Assembly: GCA_965197425.1 (NCBI GenBank)
Contig: CBDANC010000012.1
Coordinates: 128,001 to 192,000, forward strand
Direction: 5' to 3'
Length of the DNA stretch: 64,000 bases
Origin: Bdellovibrionales bacterium
GTDB taxonomy: Bacteria; Bdellovibrionota; Bdellovibrionia; Bdellovibrionales; JAUICD01
Each line of letters begins with the position of its first letter. Positions within the stretch are counted from its first letter, which is position 1. The translations under genes and the position numbers were made by a program. Below the pieces are notes generated by a model. That model had not been told where the DNA came from. It saw only the letters and a list, made by a program, of their open reading frames with translations, and searched no databases. This document shows, piece after piece, positions 29,893-41,065 of this stretch.

Positions 29893-31247
29893 AGATCACA
29901 CTCCTTTAGAAATTCACAGATTTCCTTAGATGCTTTAGATACCTTATCCTTATTAGAACCTTCAACCAAAACTCTTAAAATTGGTTCTGTACCAGAATAT
30001 CTGATAAATATCCTACCCTCTTTTCCTAAATCCTTTTCTATTTTAGATATAAGATCACTATACCCAGACACACTATCCAAAGACACTTTATTAGAAACTT
30101 TTAGGTTAGTTAATACCTGAGGGGTTTCAGGAACAAGCTTTCTTAAAGCACCAAGCTTTATTCCTTGATTAACCATAATTGCAAGCACATTTAAAGCTGT
30201 TACCAAACCATCACCAGTTGTAGAGTGATCTAGAAAAATTATATGCCCGGACTGCTCTCCACCTAATGTAAGATTTCTTTTTTTAAGCTCACTAATGACA
30301 TACCTATCACCTACATCAGTAGTCACAACATCTATACCATTATCAGACAAAAATTTTCTAAAACCAAAACTACTCATGTGAGTTGCTACAATTTTATTGT
30401 CCACAAGCTTATTTTTTTTCTTTGCTTCCAACGCACAAATAGCCATTATATGATCGCCATTTAAAATACCACCCGATTCATCACACATAATAACTCTATC
30501 ACCATCACCATCTAAACTAATCCCTAAATCAGCAGAAGTTTCTTTCACAACCTTAACAAGTCCCTCTGGATACAAAGCACCACAGTTGTCATTAATGTTA
30601 AATCCATTAGGCTCATTATTTATCACCTTTACCTTAGCCCCAAGCTCTTCAAATATTCTAGGACCTACCTTGTAACAAGCACCATTAGCACAATCTAATA
30701 CCAAAGAAATTCCATCCAAACTCAAATTACTAGGAAATGTATTTTTGACAGAAACAATATACCTACCAGAAGCATCATCTATTCTCTTAGTTCTACCAAT
30801 CTCATCTTCTAAAGAAACCTTTGAGCTAAAATCCTCTTTTACCAACTGCTCTATCTTTTCTTCCAATGTTTTAGAAATCTTAAAACCATTAGAGTCAAAA
30901 ATTTTGATTCCATTGTCATAGTAAGGATTGTGAGAAGCAGATATAATAATACCAGCATCAACTCTCATACTTTGAGCCAAAAAACCAATCCCCGGAGTAC
31001 TAAGAGGCCCTACTAACAAAACATCTATACCCATAGAATTGAAGCCACTAGCCAAAGCCATCTCTATCATATAACCAGATAAGCGAGTGTCCTTGCCTAT
31101 CAACACCTTACGTCTCTTGGTAGTATTACTGCGGTTCTCTCTACCCCTTAAAATCAAACCAATGGCCTGCCCTACCTTTAAAACAAGCTCAGGAGTAATA
31201 GGATATACATTAGCCCTAGAACGAATACCATCCGTACCAAATAACAT
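29889..31247 (-). CDS. glmM: Phosphoglucosamine mutase
   Basis: LFGTDGIR, GKDTRLSGYM, ISASHNP, DGDGDR, GGEQSGH, RYSGTEP. Confidence 0.97.
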   Translation of the reverse strand: MLFGTDGIRSRANVYPITPELVLKVGQAIGLILRGRENRSNTTKRRKVLIGKDTRLSGYMIEMALASGFNSMGIDVLLVGPLSTPGIGFLAQSMRVDAGIIISASHNPYYDNGIKIFDSNGFKISKTLEEKIEQLVKEDFSSKVSLEDEIGRTKRIDDASGRYIVSVKNTFPSNLSLDGISLVLDCANGACYKVGPRIFEELGAKVKVINNEPNGFNINDNCGALYPEGLVKVVKETSADLGISLDGDGDRVIMCDESGGILNGDHIMAICALEAKKKNKLVDNKIVATHMSSFGFRKFLSDNGIDVVTTDVGDRYVISELKKRNLTLGGEQSGHIIFLDHSTTGDGLVTALNVLAIMVNQGIKLGALRKLVPETPQVLTNLKVSNKVSLDSVSGYSDLISKIEKDLGKEGRIFIRYSGTEPILRVLVEGSNKDKVSKASKEICEFLKECDL

Positions 31248-31314
31248 CCAAAACCTCCCTAATCTAAGCTTCTTAATAATACTTTACTTCTAGTACCCTA
31301 AGTCAGTTTAATAA

Positions 31315-31408
31315 ACAAGTGCCTACGGCACAGGTATTTAATTGGTAAAGTACAAAATGTGATGTATGTTTTAGCTACTGTTAAATGCCTCCACCCGCAG
31401 AGTGGTGG
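31315..31408. repeat. Family-B repeat in inverted orientation, immediately after the ftsH stop codon
   Basis: acaagtgcctacggcacagg.....aattgg...gtacaaaat.tgatg...aaatgcctccacc is the reverse complement of 27181-27273. Confidence 0.85.
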
Positions 31409-33364
31409 TTAGACGGTTGCTGGGGCTTTTGCGCCTATGGGTGTTTTTTTGTCTTCCTTTTCTTTCTCCAAACACTCTTCTCTTTGGATATTTTCTTCTT
31501 TTAGAGTTTTATCTCTTTTACTTCTCAAATTCTCGATATCCTCTGAGGTTCCACCTTTCATAAGCAGGTTAACCTCATCCCCGTCTATAGTTTCATATTC
31601 TAGCAGAGTTTTTGCTATATTCTTTAAGATTTGTAAGTTTTGTTTTAGAAGATCTTGTGCTTTTTTATGTCCTTCAGTGACAAACTTTCTCACCTCGGTA
31701 TCTATTTCTCTAGCCGTACTATCTGAGTAATCTTTTTCATGACTAGTTTGCATGCCTAAAAACACAGGGTCGTCCCGTTTTTCAAAGTGAAGAGGACCTA
31801 GCTTTTTACTCATCCCCCATTCACATACCATTCGCCTTGCTATTTCAGTAGCCCTTTCTATGTCATTGCCAGCACCTGTGGTGTAGTCCTTAAAAATAAT
31901 TTCCTCTGCTGCTCTTCCTCCAAATAAAAAGGCTATCATATTGTGTGCCTTTTCCTTGGTTAGATTCAGCCTCTCTTCTTCTGGCAAAGTTTGAGTAACA
32001 CCCAAAGCCATTCCTCTTGGAATAATTGTAACTTTGTGAATAGGATCAACAGAGGGCAAAAGCTTTCCTACCAAAGCATGTCCTGCTTCATGGTATGCAG
32101 TAATCTCTTTATCCTTTTTACTTACCACCATTGACTTTCTTTCAGCTCCCATCAACACCTTGTCTTTTGCAAGCTCCAGATCTTTCATATCAACTATGTT
32201 TTTATTAAACCTAGCTGCCAATAGGGCCCCTTCATTTACCAAGTTTCTTAAGTCAGCACCTGAAAATCCAGGGGTTCCTCTAGCTATGGTTTCCAAATCA
32301 ACTTCTTTAGCAGTAGGAACTTTTTTGGTATGCACTTCTAAGATACTTTTTCTACCTTTAATATCTGGTTTGTTTACAACCACTCTTCTATCAAAACGCC
32401 CTGGCCTTAAAAGTGCAGGATCCAAAACATCAGGTCTATTAGTTGCAGCTATTAAAATAACTCCTTCATTACTGGCAAAACCATCCATTTCCACCAAAAG
32501 CTGGTTTAGAGTTTGCTCCCTTTCATCGTGGCCTCCACCCATACCAGCACCCCTGTGCCTTCCAACTGCATCTATTTCATCTACAAAAATTAGGCATGGT
32601 GCATTTTTCTTTCCCTGTTCAAATAAATCTCTAACTCTAGAAGCACCAACACCCACAAACATCTCTACAAAGTCAGAACCTGAGATAGAAAAAAATGGAA
32701 CCCCTGCCTCCCCAGCTACAGCCCTTGCAAGCAAAGTTTTACCCGTTCCAGGAGAACCTACCAATAAAACACCCTTCGGTATAACCCCTCCAAGCCTGGT
32801 GAATCTCTTTGGATCTTTCAGAAACATTATAATTTCATTTAACTCTTCTTTAGCCTCATCAACTCCAGCCACATCCTTAAATGTAATCTTGTTTTTATTC
32901 TCAGTAAGAAGCCTTGCTCTACTTTTACCAAAGCTCATAGCCTTCCCACCACCAGCCTGAAGCTGCCTGAAAAACAAAACAAATAATACGACTATGATAA
33001 TCAGAGGAAGCCAACTTATTAACATACTCTGAAAAAAACTCTTTTTGTCATTACTCACATAATTTGGAATAATGTTATTTTCCTTTAAAAACTTAAAACT
33101 CTCATCACCAGTGTTACCAATTATACTGAAACTGGTTCCACCATATTTGTCCTTAGCTTCCTGTGTAAATTCTCCTGTAATTTCACCTGTTTTTTCACTA
33201 AAAGTGACACTTGAAACATCTCCACTCAAAACCGCAGTGTGTAGTTTCTGGTAGTTAAAATCACTTACCAGTTCATCTTGCTTTTTAGAGTAAAATTGAA
33301 AACTTAAAATAACTATAAGAAACAAGAACATCCATAGTGCAAAAGTCTTCTGAGCTTTTTTCAT
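31409..33364 (-). CDS. ftsH: ATP-dependent zinc metalloprotease FtsH
   Basis: Two TMs, [37 protein letters not shown]. Confidence 0.98.
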   Translation of the reverse strand: MKKAQKTFALWMFLFLIVILSFQFYSKKQDELVSDFNYQKLHTAVLSGDVSSVTFSEKTGEITGEFTQEAKDKYGGTSFSIIGNTGDESFKFLKENNIIPNYVSNDKKSFFQSMLISWLPLIIIVVLFVLFFRQLQAGGGKAMSFGKSRARLLTENKNKITFKDVAGVDEAKEELNEIIMFLKDPKRFTRLGGVIPKGVLLVGSPGTGKTLLARAVAGEAGVPFFSISGSDFVEMFVGVGASRVRDLFEQGKKNAPCLIFVDEIDAVGRHRGAGMGGGHDEREQTLNQLLVEMDGFASNEGVILIAATNRPDVLDPALLRPGRFDRRVVVNKPDIKGRKSILEVHTKKVPTAKEVDLETIARGTPGFSGADLRNLVNEGALLAARFNKNIVDMKDLELAKDKVLMGAERKSMVVSKKDKEITAYHEAGHALVGKLLPSVDPIHKVTIIPRGMALGVTQTLPEEERLNLTKEKAHNMIAFLFGGRAAEEIIFKDYTTGAGNDIERATEIARRMVCEWGMSKKLGPLHFEKRDDPVFLGMQTSHEKDYSDSTAREIDTEVRKFVTEGHKKAQDLLKQNLQILKNIAKTLLEYETIDGDEVNLLMKGGTSEDIENLRSKRDKTLKEENIQREECLEKEKEDKKTPIGAKAPATV

Positions 33365-33457
33365 AAACTAAAAATTTCCCTATTCGCTACTTCCACATTA
33401 CTCTCTTACCGGATTGCCCGACTGAAATACCTTTAGTAACTCTTATCGTATTTATAC

Positions 33458-34387
33458 CTACAAAGCTGGGCAACTTTCAGTTCTTGCTGAGACCTTCAGT
33501 CTAACATGTGTTGTATTAACTAACCACAACCTTTTTGCAACCTTAAACTTAAAATTTTTTGTTTTACTCCTAAGTCTTTTCTCTATCTCATGTATTTGAG
33601 AGTGTGAATAATTTTTAATGTTTTTCAATAGCATGTATTTGGCTATGGCCTCATGTCTTAAATCAATACTAAACAGCGACATTGTATGCCTGTCTAAACC
33701 ATCCTTAGTAATACAAAAGCTTAAATCTAGACGCTTAGCATTGCTAATTAAATCAAGAGATCTATGCATATTTTTGCTTGCCTTAGGGGCCTTCGTTTTA
33801 AGTGCATTAAGCCACACATTTCTAACCCAGTTTCTGATATTGGAGTTATCTTTGTTTGAAGGATCTTCTAAAAATTTGGGTTTAAATTTTAAAAGTTCAT
33901 CCTTCGAAAAATTTAAAAGTGGTCTAAAAATATTATTATCCATGATCCTCATTGATACTAATCCATTTGCACCAACCCCTCTTATAAGTCTTAAAATCCT
34001 TGTCTCCAAAAGATCTTCCATATGATGTGCTGTTACTATTAAAGCCTTTTCCCTTTTTGCTATACTTTTTAAAAACTTTAATCGCTCCCTCCTACACTCT
34101 GTTTCAGTCTTTAAAGTTGTTTTGTGCTTTTTATAAAAAAACTCAAAGTCGTAAAGGGCTGTCTGTTTTTTTACATGCAAGTATGCATTTTTTCTGTATG
34201 AACTTATGCCACCATGATGAAAATGAGCTACAGCTATTGTAATAGGGAACTTCTTTGATATGTGGTGCATAATCTTTAACAAAGCCATAGAGTCAAGCCC
34301 ACCAGATACCGCAAGGATCATGTTGGTGTTTAAAAGATCGTACTCTAAGATTGTCTTTATAACCTTTTTTTCTAATGCATTATACAT
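33458..34387 (-). CDS. tilS: tRNA(Ile)-lysidine synthetase
   Basis: AVSGGLDS, TAHH.ED..ET...L.RG, RPLL, EDPSN, RNWVR; upstream of ftsH. Confidence 0.92.
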   Translation of the reverse strand: MYNALEKKVIKTILEYDLLNTNMILAVSGGLDSMALLKIMHHISKKFPITIAVAHFHHGGISSYRKNAYLHVKKQTALYDFEFFYKKHKTTLKTETECRRERLKFLKSIAKREKALIVTAHHMEDLLETRILRLIRGVGANGLVSMRIMDNNIFRPLLNFSKDELLKFKPKFLEDPSNKDNSNIRNWVRNVWLNALKTKAPKASKNMHRSLDLISNAKRLDLSFCITKDGLDRHTMSLFSIDLRHEAIAKYMLLKNIKNYSHSQIHEIEKRLRSKTKNFKFKVAKRLWLVNTTHVRLKVSARTESCPAL

Positions 34388-34638
34388 TCATGCTTCCTAA
34401 AGAATAAATGCCTTCTAACACATAAAACCTCTACAAGATAGGAGTCAAAAAGAGTATATCAGTCCTAAATATTTTACCTATAGTTTTTGTATCTAGACCT
34501 AGGTGTTGAATAAATATGTACACCTCCAGGTTATTATACATAATCTGAGATATTTTTGATAAGATTTGACGAGGTTTGAACAAGACTTAGAGCATAAGTA
34601 TTTTTCTTTGAAAAGATAAATTTATAAGGGTAACTACA

Positions 34639-35616
34639 TTGAACATCTTTAAAAGACTTCCATTTTTTAGAAGTAGCGGCACCAGACAGAGCTTACGAGA
34701 GTCTATTAGAGAGTCTGGTTCTGAATTTTTAAGTGGCACTCGTATCAGGAGTTCTTATAACAAACCTCCATTCGAAAAATTTTATATTTATGCATTTTTG
34801 CTTCTCTTATCTTTTAGTATATCTGACATTGCTACATTGATTTTAAGAAACAAGATGATACCTGAAGAGGGTAAATCTAGGAGTTTAAGAAGACCCAGAC
34901 TCGCTAATAACAACCTGAACTTTCAAAACACATTGGATAGAAATATTTTTGATCCTACAGGAGAAATACCTCCCCCTTTTGCTAGTGAAGGTGTGGAAAA
35001 TCTACTTATGGATCCTGTTCCTTCCTCACTACCTTTGAATTTAATAGGTACAATTGTACATGCAAATCCTGCTAGGTCGATTGCCACGATACAGGTACAA
35101 GGAAATAAAATTATCCCTTTTTCTGCTAGCGATAGCATAGGTGATATGGCAACTATGGTTAGAGTTGAAAGGAGACGTGCTATATTTAAAAACTTAAGCA
35201 GTAATCAATTGGAGTTTATTCAGATAGACACTGATAGTTTGGCATTAGTGCCTGCAATTAAAAGTGTTCCAAAGGCCGACCAGGTTGCATCAAGCCAGAA
35301 CAACCACCGCATAGACAGAGCTGATTTGCACAGATACATGGATGATTTACCTAACTTATTAATGCAAGCTAGAGCTATCCCAAATGTTGTGGACGGCAGA
35401 GTACAAGGATTTAAAGTAGTAGATATTCAAGAAGGAAGCATATGGGAAACCTTAGGATTAAAAAAAAATGATGTGATTAAAGGGGTAAATGGCGAAGCAG
35501 TAAATAGCCCTGCTAAAGCTATGGAACTTTACAATACACTAGCTGGTGATAGCGATGTAGGAATAGACATAGAACGAGACGGTAAGTCTGAAACGTTAAA
35601 CTATACGATTTTTTAA
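34639..35616 (+). CDS. gspC: Type II secretion protein C with PDZ domain
   Basis: TM, RNIFD, LNLIGTIV HR domain, PDZ (LGLKKNDVI..VNG); precedes gspD. Confidence 0.88.
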   Translation: MNIFKRLPFFRSSGTRQSLRESIRESGSEFLSGTRIRSSYNKPPFEKFYIYAFLLLLSFSISDIATLILRNKMIPEEGKSRSLRRPRLANNNLNFQNTLDRNIFDPTGEIPPPFASEGVENLLMDPVPSSLPLNLIGTIVHANPARSIATIQVQGNKIIPFSASDSIGDMATMVRVERRRAIFKNLSSNQLEFIQIDTDSLALVPAIKSVPKADQVASSQNNHRIDRADLHRYMDDLPNLLMQARAIPNVVDGRVQGFKVVDIQEGSIWETLGLKKNDVIKGVNGEAVNSPAKAMELYNTLAGDSDVGIDIERDGKSETLNYTIF

Positions 35617-35630
35617 AGGAGTAACGTATA

Positions 35631-38033
35631 ATGAAGGCAATTTCAATTTTAGTATTTTTATTAACTTTTATTTACTCAGAAAGTGTGAGGCTCCAGACAC
35701 CGCTACCTCCTCCTCCTCCCCCACCCACTCCACCGTCACCACCGTCACCACCGCCACCACCGTCACCACCTTCTCCACCTCCCGAAGTTAGTAGCAATGA
35801 AGGTAGTTCTGATGGCACATTTGATGTTAATGCTCCTGATAAGTCCATAAAATTTTCAGATGCTAATATAGAAGATATTAACAACGAGAATTTTCCTGAC
35901 TTAATAGAAAACTTTGATTTTCCAAATGCTGATATTGGTAGTGTTATAAGTAGTATATCAGAGCTAACTGGAAAGAATTTTATAATTGATCCTTCCATTA
36001 GTGGAAAAATAACCATAATGGCTCCTACTAAAATTACTGTTGCTGAAGCCTATCAAGCATTTTTATCTGCCCTTGCAATAAATGGTTTAGCGGTAGTACC
36101 CAGTGGTAAGTTTCTAAAAATTAAACCTGCCAAGCAGGCTCAAGCAGATAGTGAGATATATTCAGGTGCTTATACTCCTGATATGGATCAAATGATCACC
36201 AGAGTTATTCAGTTAAAATATATTCAAGCCAAGGATGTGAATCAATTTTTAAAACCTTTAGCTTCTAGAGAAGCTAACTTTTTAGCGTATGAACCTACCA
36301 ATACCATTATCATATCCGACTATGGCTCTAACATTAACAGGATGATACAGATCATTGAGAGAATAGATGTAGAAAGCTTTAACGAACAGATGTCAGTAAT
36401 CCCAATCAAGTTTGCAAAAGCCAAGGATATTTCTGATATGATTGAAAAAATAATCAATAAAGGATCCCAAGGTGCAAGAGGCAGACTGTCTAGGCTTAGA
36501 AGGGCACCACCTCAAAATGAAACTAAACAAGCGTTATCTCTTGTAACCCCTGACGAAAGAACAAATTCCATAATTGTAGTTGGTAGCCAGGGTGGAATTG
36601 CTAGAGTAAGAAAACTTATATCACAGTTAGATTTTGAGATAGGGCTAGATGAGTCAGGCGGTGTACATGTCTACTATGTTAAGTATGGTGAAGCAAAACA
36701 AATTGCTACAACTATAAACGGCATAAAAGAAACCCGTCGTACTGGTGGAGAGAACAGAGGAAGGCTTAGAGCACCAGTTGGAGCAACAGATGCATCTACT
36801 GGCATGTTTGATGATGATGTTAAGGTCACAGCTGATGAACAAACCAACAGCCTTGTGATCGCTGCTAGTAAACAGGATTATGACATCATATTATCTCTTA
36901 TATCAAAACTAGATGTTCCAAGGGATCAAGTGTTTGTTGAAGCAGTAATAATGGAGATGGAAGTTACAGATGGAATGAGTTATGGATTTAGTGCTGGAAT
37001 GTTTCAACCTGGCACTGGGGGACTTGGTAGAGCAGGATTTTTTAGTAATATTGCAGAAATGCTTGATGTGGCGGGTACTACGGGTTTGGTATTAGGTTTT
37101 GGCAGGGGTGAGGATGTACAGATAAATCTTCCATCTCAAGAAAACCCATTTACCATAAAATCCCTAACAGGCTTTTTGAACTTTTTAAAAAGTGTAACCA
37201 ACACAAATGTTCTGTCTACCCCTCAGATTCTAGCATTAGATAATGAAGAGGCAATGATAGAAGTTGGGGAAGAAGTTCCAGTTGCACAAAGATCCAGTGT
37301 GGTTGCTGGTGGAATACAAAACAATTCTGTAGAGTATAAAGATGCTACAATAAAATTAACCTTAACCCCTTACATCAGTCCAGACAAAGAAACAATAAGG
37401 CTAAAGATAGATCAGTCGATTAAACAAGTTTCTCAGAAAAGTGTAACAGCTCCAGCTTTAGCCAACGTCGCAGTTGGTATCAGTAAAAGAAATATGAAAT
37501 CAAATGTGGTTGTCAGAAATGGAGACACTGTTGTTTTGGGAGGATTGTTGAAAGATCAAGACGCTCCTACCATAAGCAAAGTACCCCTTTTAGGTGACAT
37601 ACCAATCTTAGGTTGGTTATTTAAGTCAAAGCAAACCAATACACAAAAGCTAAACCTTATGGTATTTTTGACTCCTAGAATTGTCAGCACCAAAAGTGAG
37701 GCGAGGGATTTGTCTGATCTAAAACTAAGGGAAAGATTGCAATTTATTAAAGATAATATGGGCGGTGTAGATGCACACGGCAGAGTAGTAGAACAAATCA
37801 GACACTCTAATAGAACAGACAATGTTATGCTAACTGATCTAGTAGAAGAAGATGACCTATCTTTAGAGGATACAGAAGACTACGATTTTGATGCAGCAAC
37901 AGAAGAAGATGATTTTGGTTTAGATGAAGTAGAAACTAGTGATCCTCTTGATGATGCCACCGATTTTGAACTAGATTTGGATAGTGGTGAAACCGAAGAA
38001 CCTATAGACATAGATGCAGGCGAGGTAATGTAA
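35631..38033 (+). CDS. gspD: Type II secretion secretin D
   Basis: N0 (LTGKNFIID), N-domains (D.RTNS.I), QVFVEAVIME, P.LGDIPILGWLFK, LMVFLTPRIV. Confidence 0.95.
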   Translation: MKAISILVFLLTFIYSESVRLQTPLPPPPPPPTPPSPPSPPPPPSPPSPPPEVSSNEGSSDGTFDVNAPDKSIKFSDANIEDINNENFPDLIENFDFPNADIGSVISSISELTGKNFIIDPSISGKITIMAPTKITVAEAYQAFLSALAINGLAVVPSGKFLKIKPAKQAQADSEIYSGAYTPDMDQMITRVIQLKYIQAKDVNQFLKPLASREANFLAYEPTNTIIISDYGSNINRMIQIIERIDVESFNEQMSVIPIKFAKAKDISDMIEKIINKGSQGARGRLSRLRRAPPQNETKQALSLVTPDERTNSIIVVGSQGGIARVRKLISQLDFEIGLDESGGVHVYYVKYGEAKQIATTINGIKETRRTGGENRGRLRAPVGATDASTGMFDDDVKVTADEQTNSLVIAASKQDYDIILSLISKLDVPRDQVFVEAVIMEMEVTDGMSYGFSAGMFQPGTGGLGRAGFFSNIAEMLDVAGTTGLVLGFGRGEDVQINLPSQENPFTIKSLTGFLNFLKSVTNTNVLSTPQILALDNEEAMIEVGEEVPVAQRSSVVAGGIQNNSVEYKDATIKLTLTPYISPDKETIRLKIDQSIKQVSQKSVTAPALANVAVGISKRNMKSNVVVRNGDTVVLGGLLKDQDAPTISKVPLLGDIPILGWLFKSKQTNTQKLNLMVFLTPRIVSTKSEARDLSDLKLRERLQFIKDNMGGVDAHGRVVEQIRHSNRTDNVMLTDLVEEDDLSLEDTEDYDFDAATEEDDFGLDEVETSDPLDDATDFELDLDSGETEEPIDIDAGEVM
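35697..35783 (+). repeat. Low-complexity CCA/CCG/TCA repeat encoding a polyproline tract in GspD
   Basis: Encodes TPLPPPPPPPTPPSPPSPPPPPSPPSPPP. Confidence 0.85.
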
Positions 38034-38036
38034 GTT

Positions 38037-39728
38037 TTGAAAAAAGAGCATATAGAAGGTTTTTTACTTAAAAACACCAAGATTTCCAAAAGAGAAGTTA
38101 TTGGGCTTATGAATTATAAGCTAGATGATGATCAAACTATTTGGAATACTTTGGAAGGCAAGGACTATGACAATGCCGAAGATATTTTAAGCCATGTATG
38201 TGGCTTAATTGAAGTCCCCTATGTAAAAGACATACCTATAAACGATATCTCCGTTGATCTGATCAAAAACTTACCGCTTAAATATGCAACCGATAATTTT
38301 ATTTTACCCTTTAAGGAAGAACAAGACCATGTTCAAGTACTTACAAGTAATCCACTAGACACAAAAACTTTGGATAATTTGAGAGTTTTGTTTGGCAAAA
38401 AAATTGTCCCAATGGTTTCCATTACTACCAAAATTCAAGATGCAGTCAATAAGGTGTATGAGAGGAGTGCAGGTGCATTCGAGGGCCTTGATGAGGTAGA
38501 TGAGGATGATGATTATGATCTGGAGCAACAGGAGGCAGACTTACTTGATGTAGGTGAGGATGATGCACCTGTAATTAAGTTGGTTAATAGATTATTTTCT
38601 AGAGCAATTAAAGAAAAAGCTTCTGACATACACATAGAACCCTACGAAGGCGATGTGGTGGTTAGATTTAGAATTGATGGAATTTTATATGATGTATTCA
38701 AACCATCTAAAAGGTTACAAAACGCCATAATCTCCAGAATAAAAGTACTAGGTAATTTAAATATAGCAGAAAAAAGACTCCCTCAAGACGGTAGAATTCA
38801 ACTTAAGCTTGCAGGGCGATCTATAGATGTCAGGCTTAACACAGTTCCTATTATACATGGAGAAAGGTTGGTTATGCGTCTTCAGGACAGATCAAATGTA
38901 GTGCTTGAGTTAGAGCAACTTGGTTTTCCCAAAAGTACTTTAGATTCATTATCTGGCCAATTTAAAAAAACTCATGGAATTATTTTGGTAACAGGTCCTA
39001 CTGGTAGTGGTAAGTCCACAACTTTGTATGCTGGTCTTATGAAAATAAATGGCGTTGAAAGAAATATTATTACAGTAGAAGATCCTGTAGAAAACAGAGT
39101 ACATGGTATTGGACAAATACAGGTTAACAGTAAAATAGGATTAAATTTTGCAGATGGTTTAAGGGCAATTTTGCGTCAGGACCCAGATGTAATAATGATT
39201 GGTGAGATAAGGGACTTGGAAACAGCTGAAATTGCTATCAATGCATCTTTAACAGGTCACTTAGTATTAAGCACAATTCACACCAATGATTCAGCTGGAG
39301 CTATACCCAGACTTGTGGATATGGGATGTGAGCCATTTTTGATCTCAAGTTCACTTTTAGGTGTAATAGCTCAGAGGCTAATAAGGCTTTTATGCGACAG
39401 TTGTAAAGAACCTTATGCTCTTACAGATGAAGATATTAAAGAGCTGGAGATTACACGAGAAGAGGCATCAAAGGGTACTGTTTTTAGAGCAGTTGGTTGT
39501 GCAGATTGCGGCCAAAAAGGCTATAGAGGTAGAGCTGTAATTTCAGAATTTTTGTTGGTTACAGATAATGTAAGAAGATTAATTTTACAGAGAAAAGATG
39601 CGAACTCGATCAAAAAAGAGGCCAGAGCTTCTGGTATGAAAACCATAAGAGAAGATGGGGTTAGAAAAATTTTAGATGGTGAAACCACCATTGAAGAAGT
39701 TTTAAGTAATTCACAAGTGGATAACTGA
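38037..39728 (+). CDS. gspE: Type II secretion ATPase E
   Basis: ASDIHIEP, AEKRLPQDG, GPTGSGKS, LRQDPD, LTGHLVLST.HTND, two CxxC pairs. Confidence 0.96.
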   Translation: MKKEHIEGFLLKNTKISKREVIGLMNYKLDDDQTIWNTLEGKDYDNAEDILSHVCGLIEVPYVKDIPINDISVDLIKNLPLKYATDNFILPFKEEQDHVQVLTSNPLDTKTLDNLRVLFGKKIVPMVSITTKIQDAVNKVYERSAGAFEGLDEVDEDDDYDLEQQEADLLDVGEDDAPVIKLVNRLFSRAIKEKASDIHIEPYEGDVVVRFRIDGILYDVFKPSKRLQNAIISRIKVLGNLNIAEKRLPQDGRIQLKLAGRSIDVRLNTVPIIHGERLVMRLQDRSNVVLELEQLGFPKSTLDSLSGQFKKTHGIILVTGPTGSGKSTTLYAGLMKINGVERNIITVEDPVENRVHGIGQIQVNSKIGLNFADGLRAILRQDPDVIMIGEIRDLETAEIAINASLTGHLVLSTIHTNDSAGAIPRLVDMGCEPFLISSSLLGVIAQRLIRLLCDSCKEPYALTDEDIKELEITREEASKGTVFRAVGCADCGQKGYRGRAVISEFLLVTDNVRRLILQRKDANSIKKEARASGMKTIREDGVRKILDGETTIEEVLSNSQVDN

Positions 39729-40939
39729 TGCCAACATTTGAATATAGAGGAATAAACAAAAAAGGTGAGGATGTAAAGAGTAGAATAGATGCTGATACTA
39801 TAAGATCTGCTCAAGCAAAGCTTAAAAAAGATGGCATCTTTATAACAGACATAAAAAGCTCAAAAACTGACAAGGCTAAGCGAAAAAAAGCTGCATCTAA
39901 AGGTAGAGTTTCTACTGAAGATTTATCCATGATGACAAGGCAGCTTGCCACCTTGTTGAAAGCAAACATTCCCTTGGTAGATACCCTAAGCGCTGTAAAA
40001 GATCAGGTGGAAAACCCTAATTTAAAGGAAGCACTGACAGATATAAGAAATCAGGTAAATGAAGGTAAACCTCTTTTTAAATCCATGGCTAAGTATCCTA
40101 AGTTTTTTAGCAAGATATATGTTTACATGTGTGAAGCTGGAGAGAAGTCAGGGACACTTGACTCCATTTTGATGAGGTTGGCTGAATTTGCAGAAGCTCA
40201 AGATGAATTAAACAAAAAGGTAAAGTCAGCCATGCTATATCCAATAATTATGTTGATATTTACTTTTGGTATGTTGATTGGTTTGTTTGTATACGTTATC
40301 CCAAAAATTACTACTATATTTGAACAGGCTGATATGAAATTACCTTGGTATTCAGAAGCTATTATTGGTTTTAGCGATATATTAGTCAATTATTGGTACA
40401 TAATCGTAATTGCTATTGTTTCGTTTGTTTTATTGTTTAAAACATGGAAGAAAACTGATTCCGGTTCAAAACAATGGGATAGGTTATCTTTAAAACTACC
40501 TGTAACAGGTGAACTCACCAGAATGGTGGCTGTTAGTAGATTTACCAGAACCTTATCTACTCTATTAAATGGTGGTGTTCCAATGTTGGAGGCTTTGGAT
40601 ATTGTGAAGAATGTGGTTAACAACTATGTTTTGGCTTCAGCAATAGAGGATGCCAGAAACAACATAAGTGAGGGTGAAACAATAGCCAAACCGCTACAAC
40701 AATCCAAACAGATACCACTTTTGGTTATTCACATGATAAACATTGGGGAAAGAACGGGTGAGCTAGAAAACATGCTATCTCATGTGTCCGATTCATATGA
40801 TTTTCAGGTTAAAACAAAAATAGCAGGTCTTACCAGCTTACTCGAACCTATGCTTATTGTAGTGATGGGTGTTGTGATAGGAATCATCGTAGTTGCTATA
40901 ATGATACCAATATTTGAAATGTCTAATATAAGCGGTTAA
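39728..40939 (+). CDS. gspF: Type II secretion inner-membrane platform protein F
   Basis: TRQLATLL, AGEKSG.L, A..YP, IGERTGEL, LLEP. Confidence 0.95.
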   Translation: MPTFEYRGINKKGEDVKSRIDADTIRSAQAKLKKDGIFITDIKSSKTDKAKRKKAASKGRVSTEDLSMMTRQLATLLKANIPLVDTLSAVKDQVENPNLKEALTDIRNQVNEGKPLFKSMAKYPKFFSKIYVYMCEAGEKSGTLDSILMRLAEFAEAQDELNKKVKSAMLYPIIMLIFTFGMLIGLFVYVIPKITTIFEQADMKLPWYSEAIIGFSDILVNYWYIIVIAIVSFVLLFKTWKKTDSGSKQWDRLSLKLPVTGELTRMVAVSRFTRTLSTLLNGGVPMLEALDIVKNVVNNYVLASAIEDARNNISEGETIAKPLQQSKQIPLLVIHMINIGERTGELENMLSHVSDSYDFQVKTKIAGLTSLLEPMLIVVMGVVIGIIVVAIMIPIFEMSNISG

Positions 40940-41065
40940 CACTGAGATGTTTCGGCAATAAACTTGTCTTTGCCAGTTTTTATAGAAACCTTTACGTTTT
41001 AGCCTGTCTCAATGTCCTATCGATCTACTAAAAATATAAATAATAAGGTGTAGGAAGTTTTAGAG

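Noticed and set aside
32160..32960. Long antisense ORFs (266 aa opposite ftsH; others opposite batB, metG, murF, vWA gene)
   Set aside because: Shadow frames of well-supported genes with no recognisable motifs
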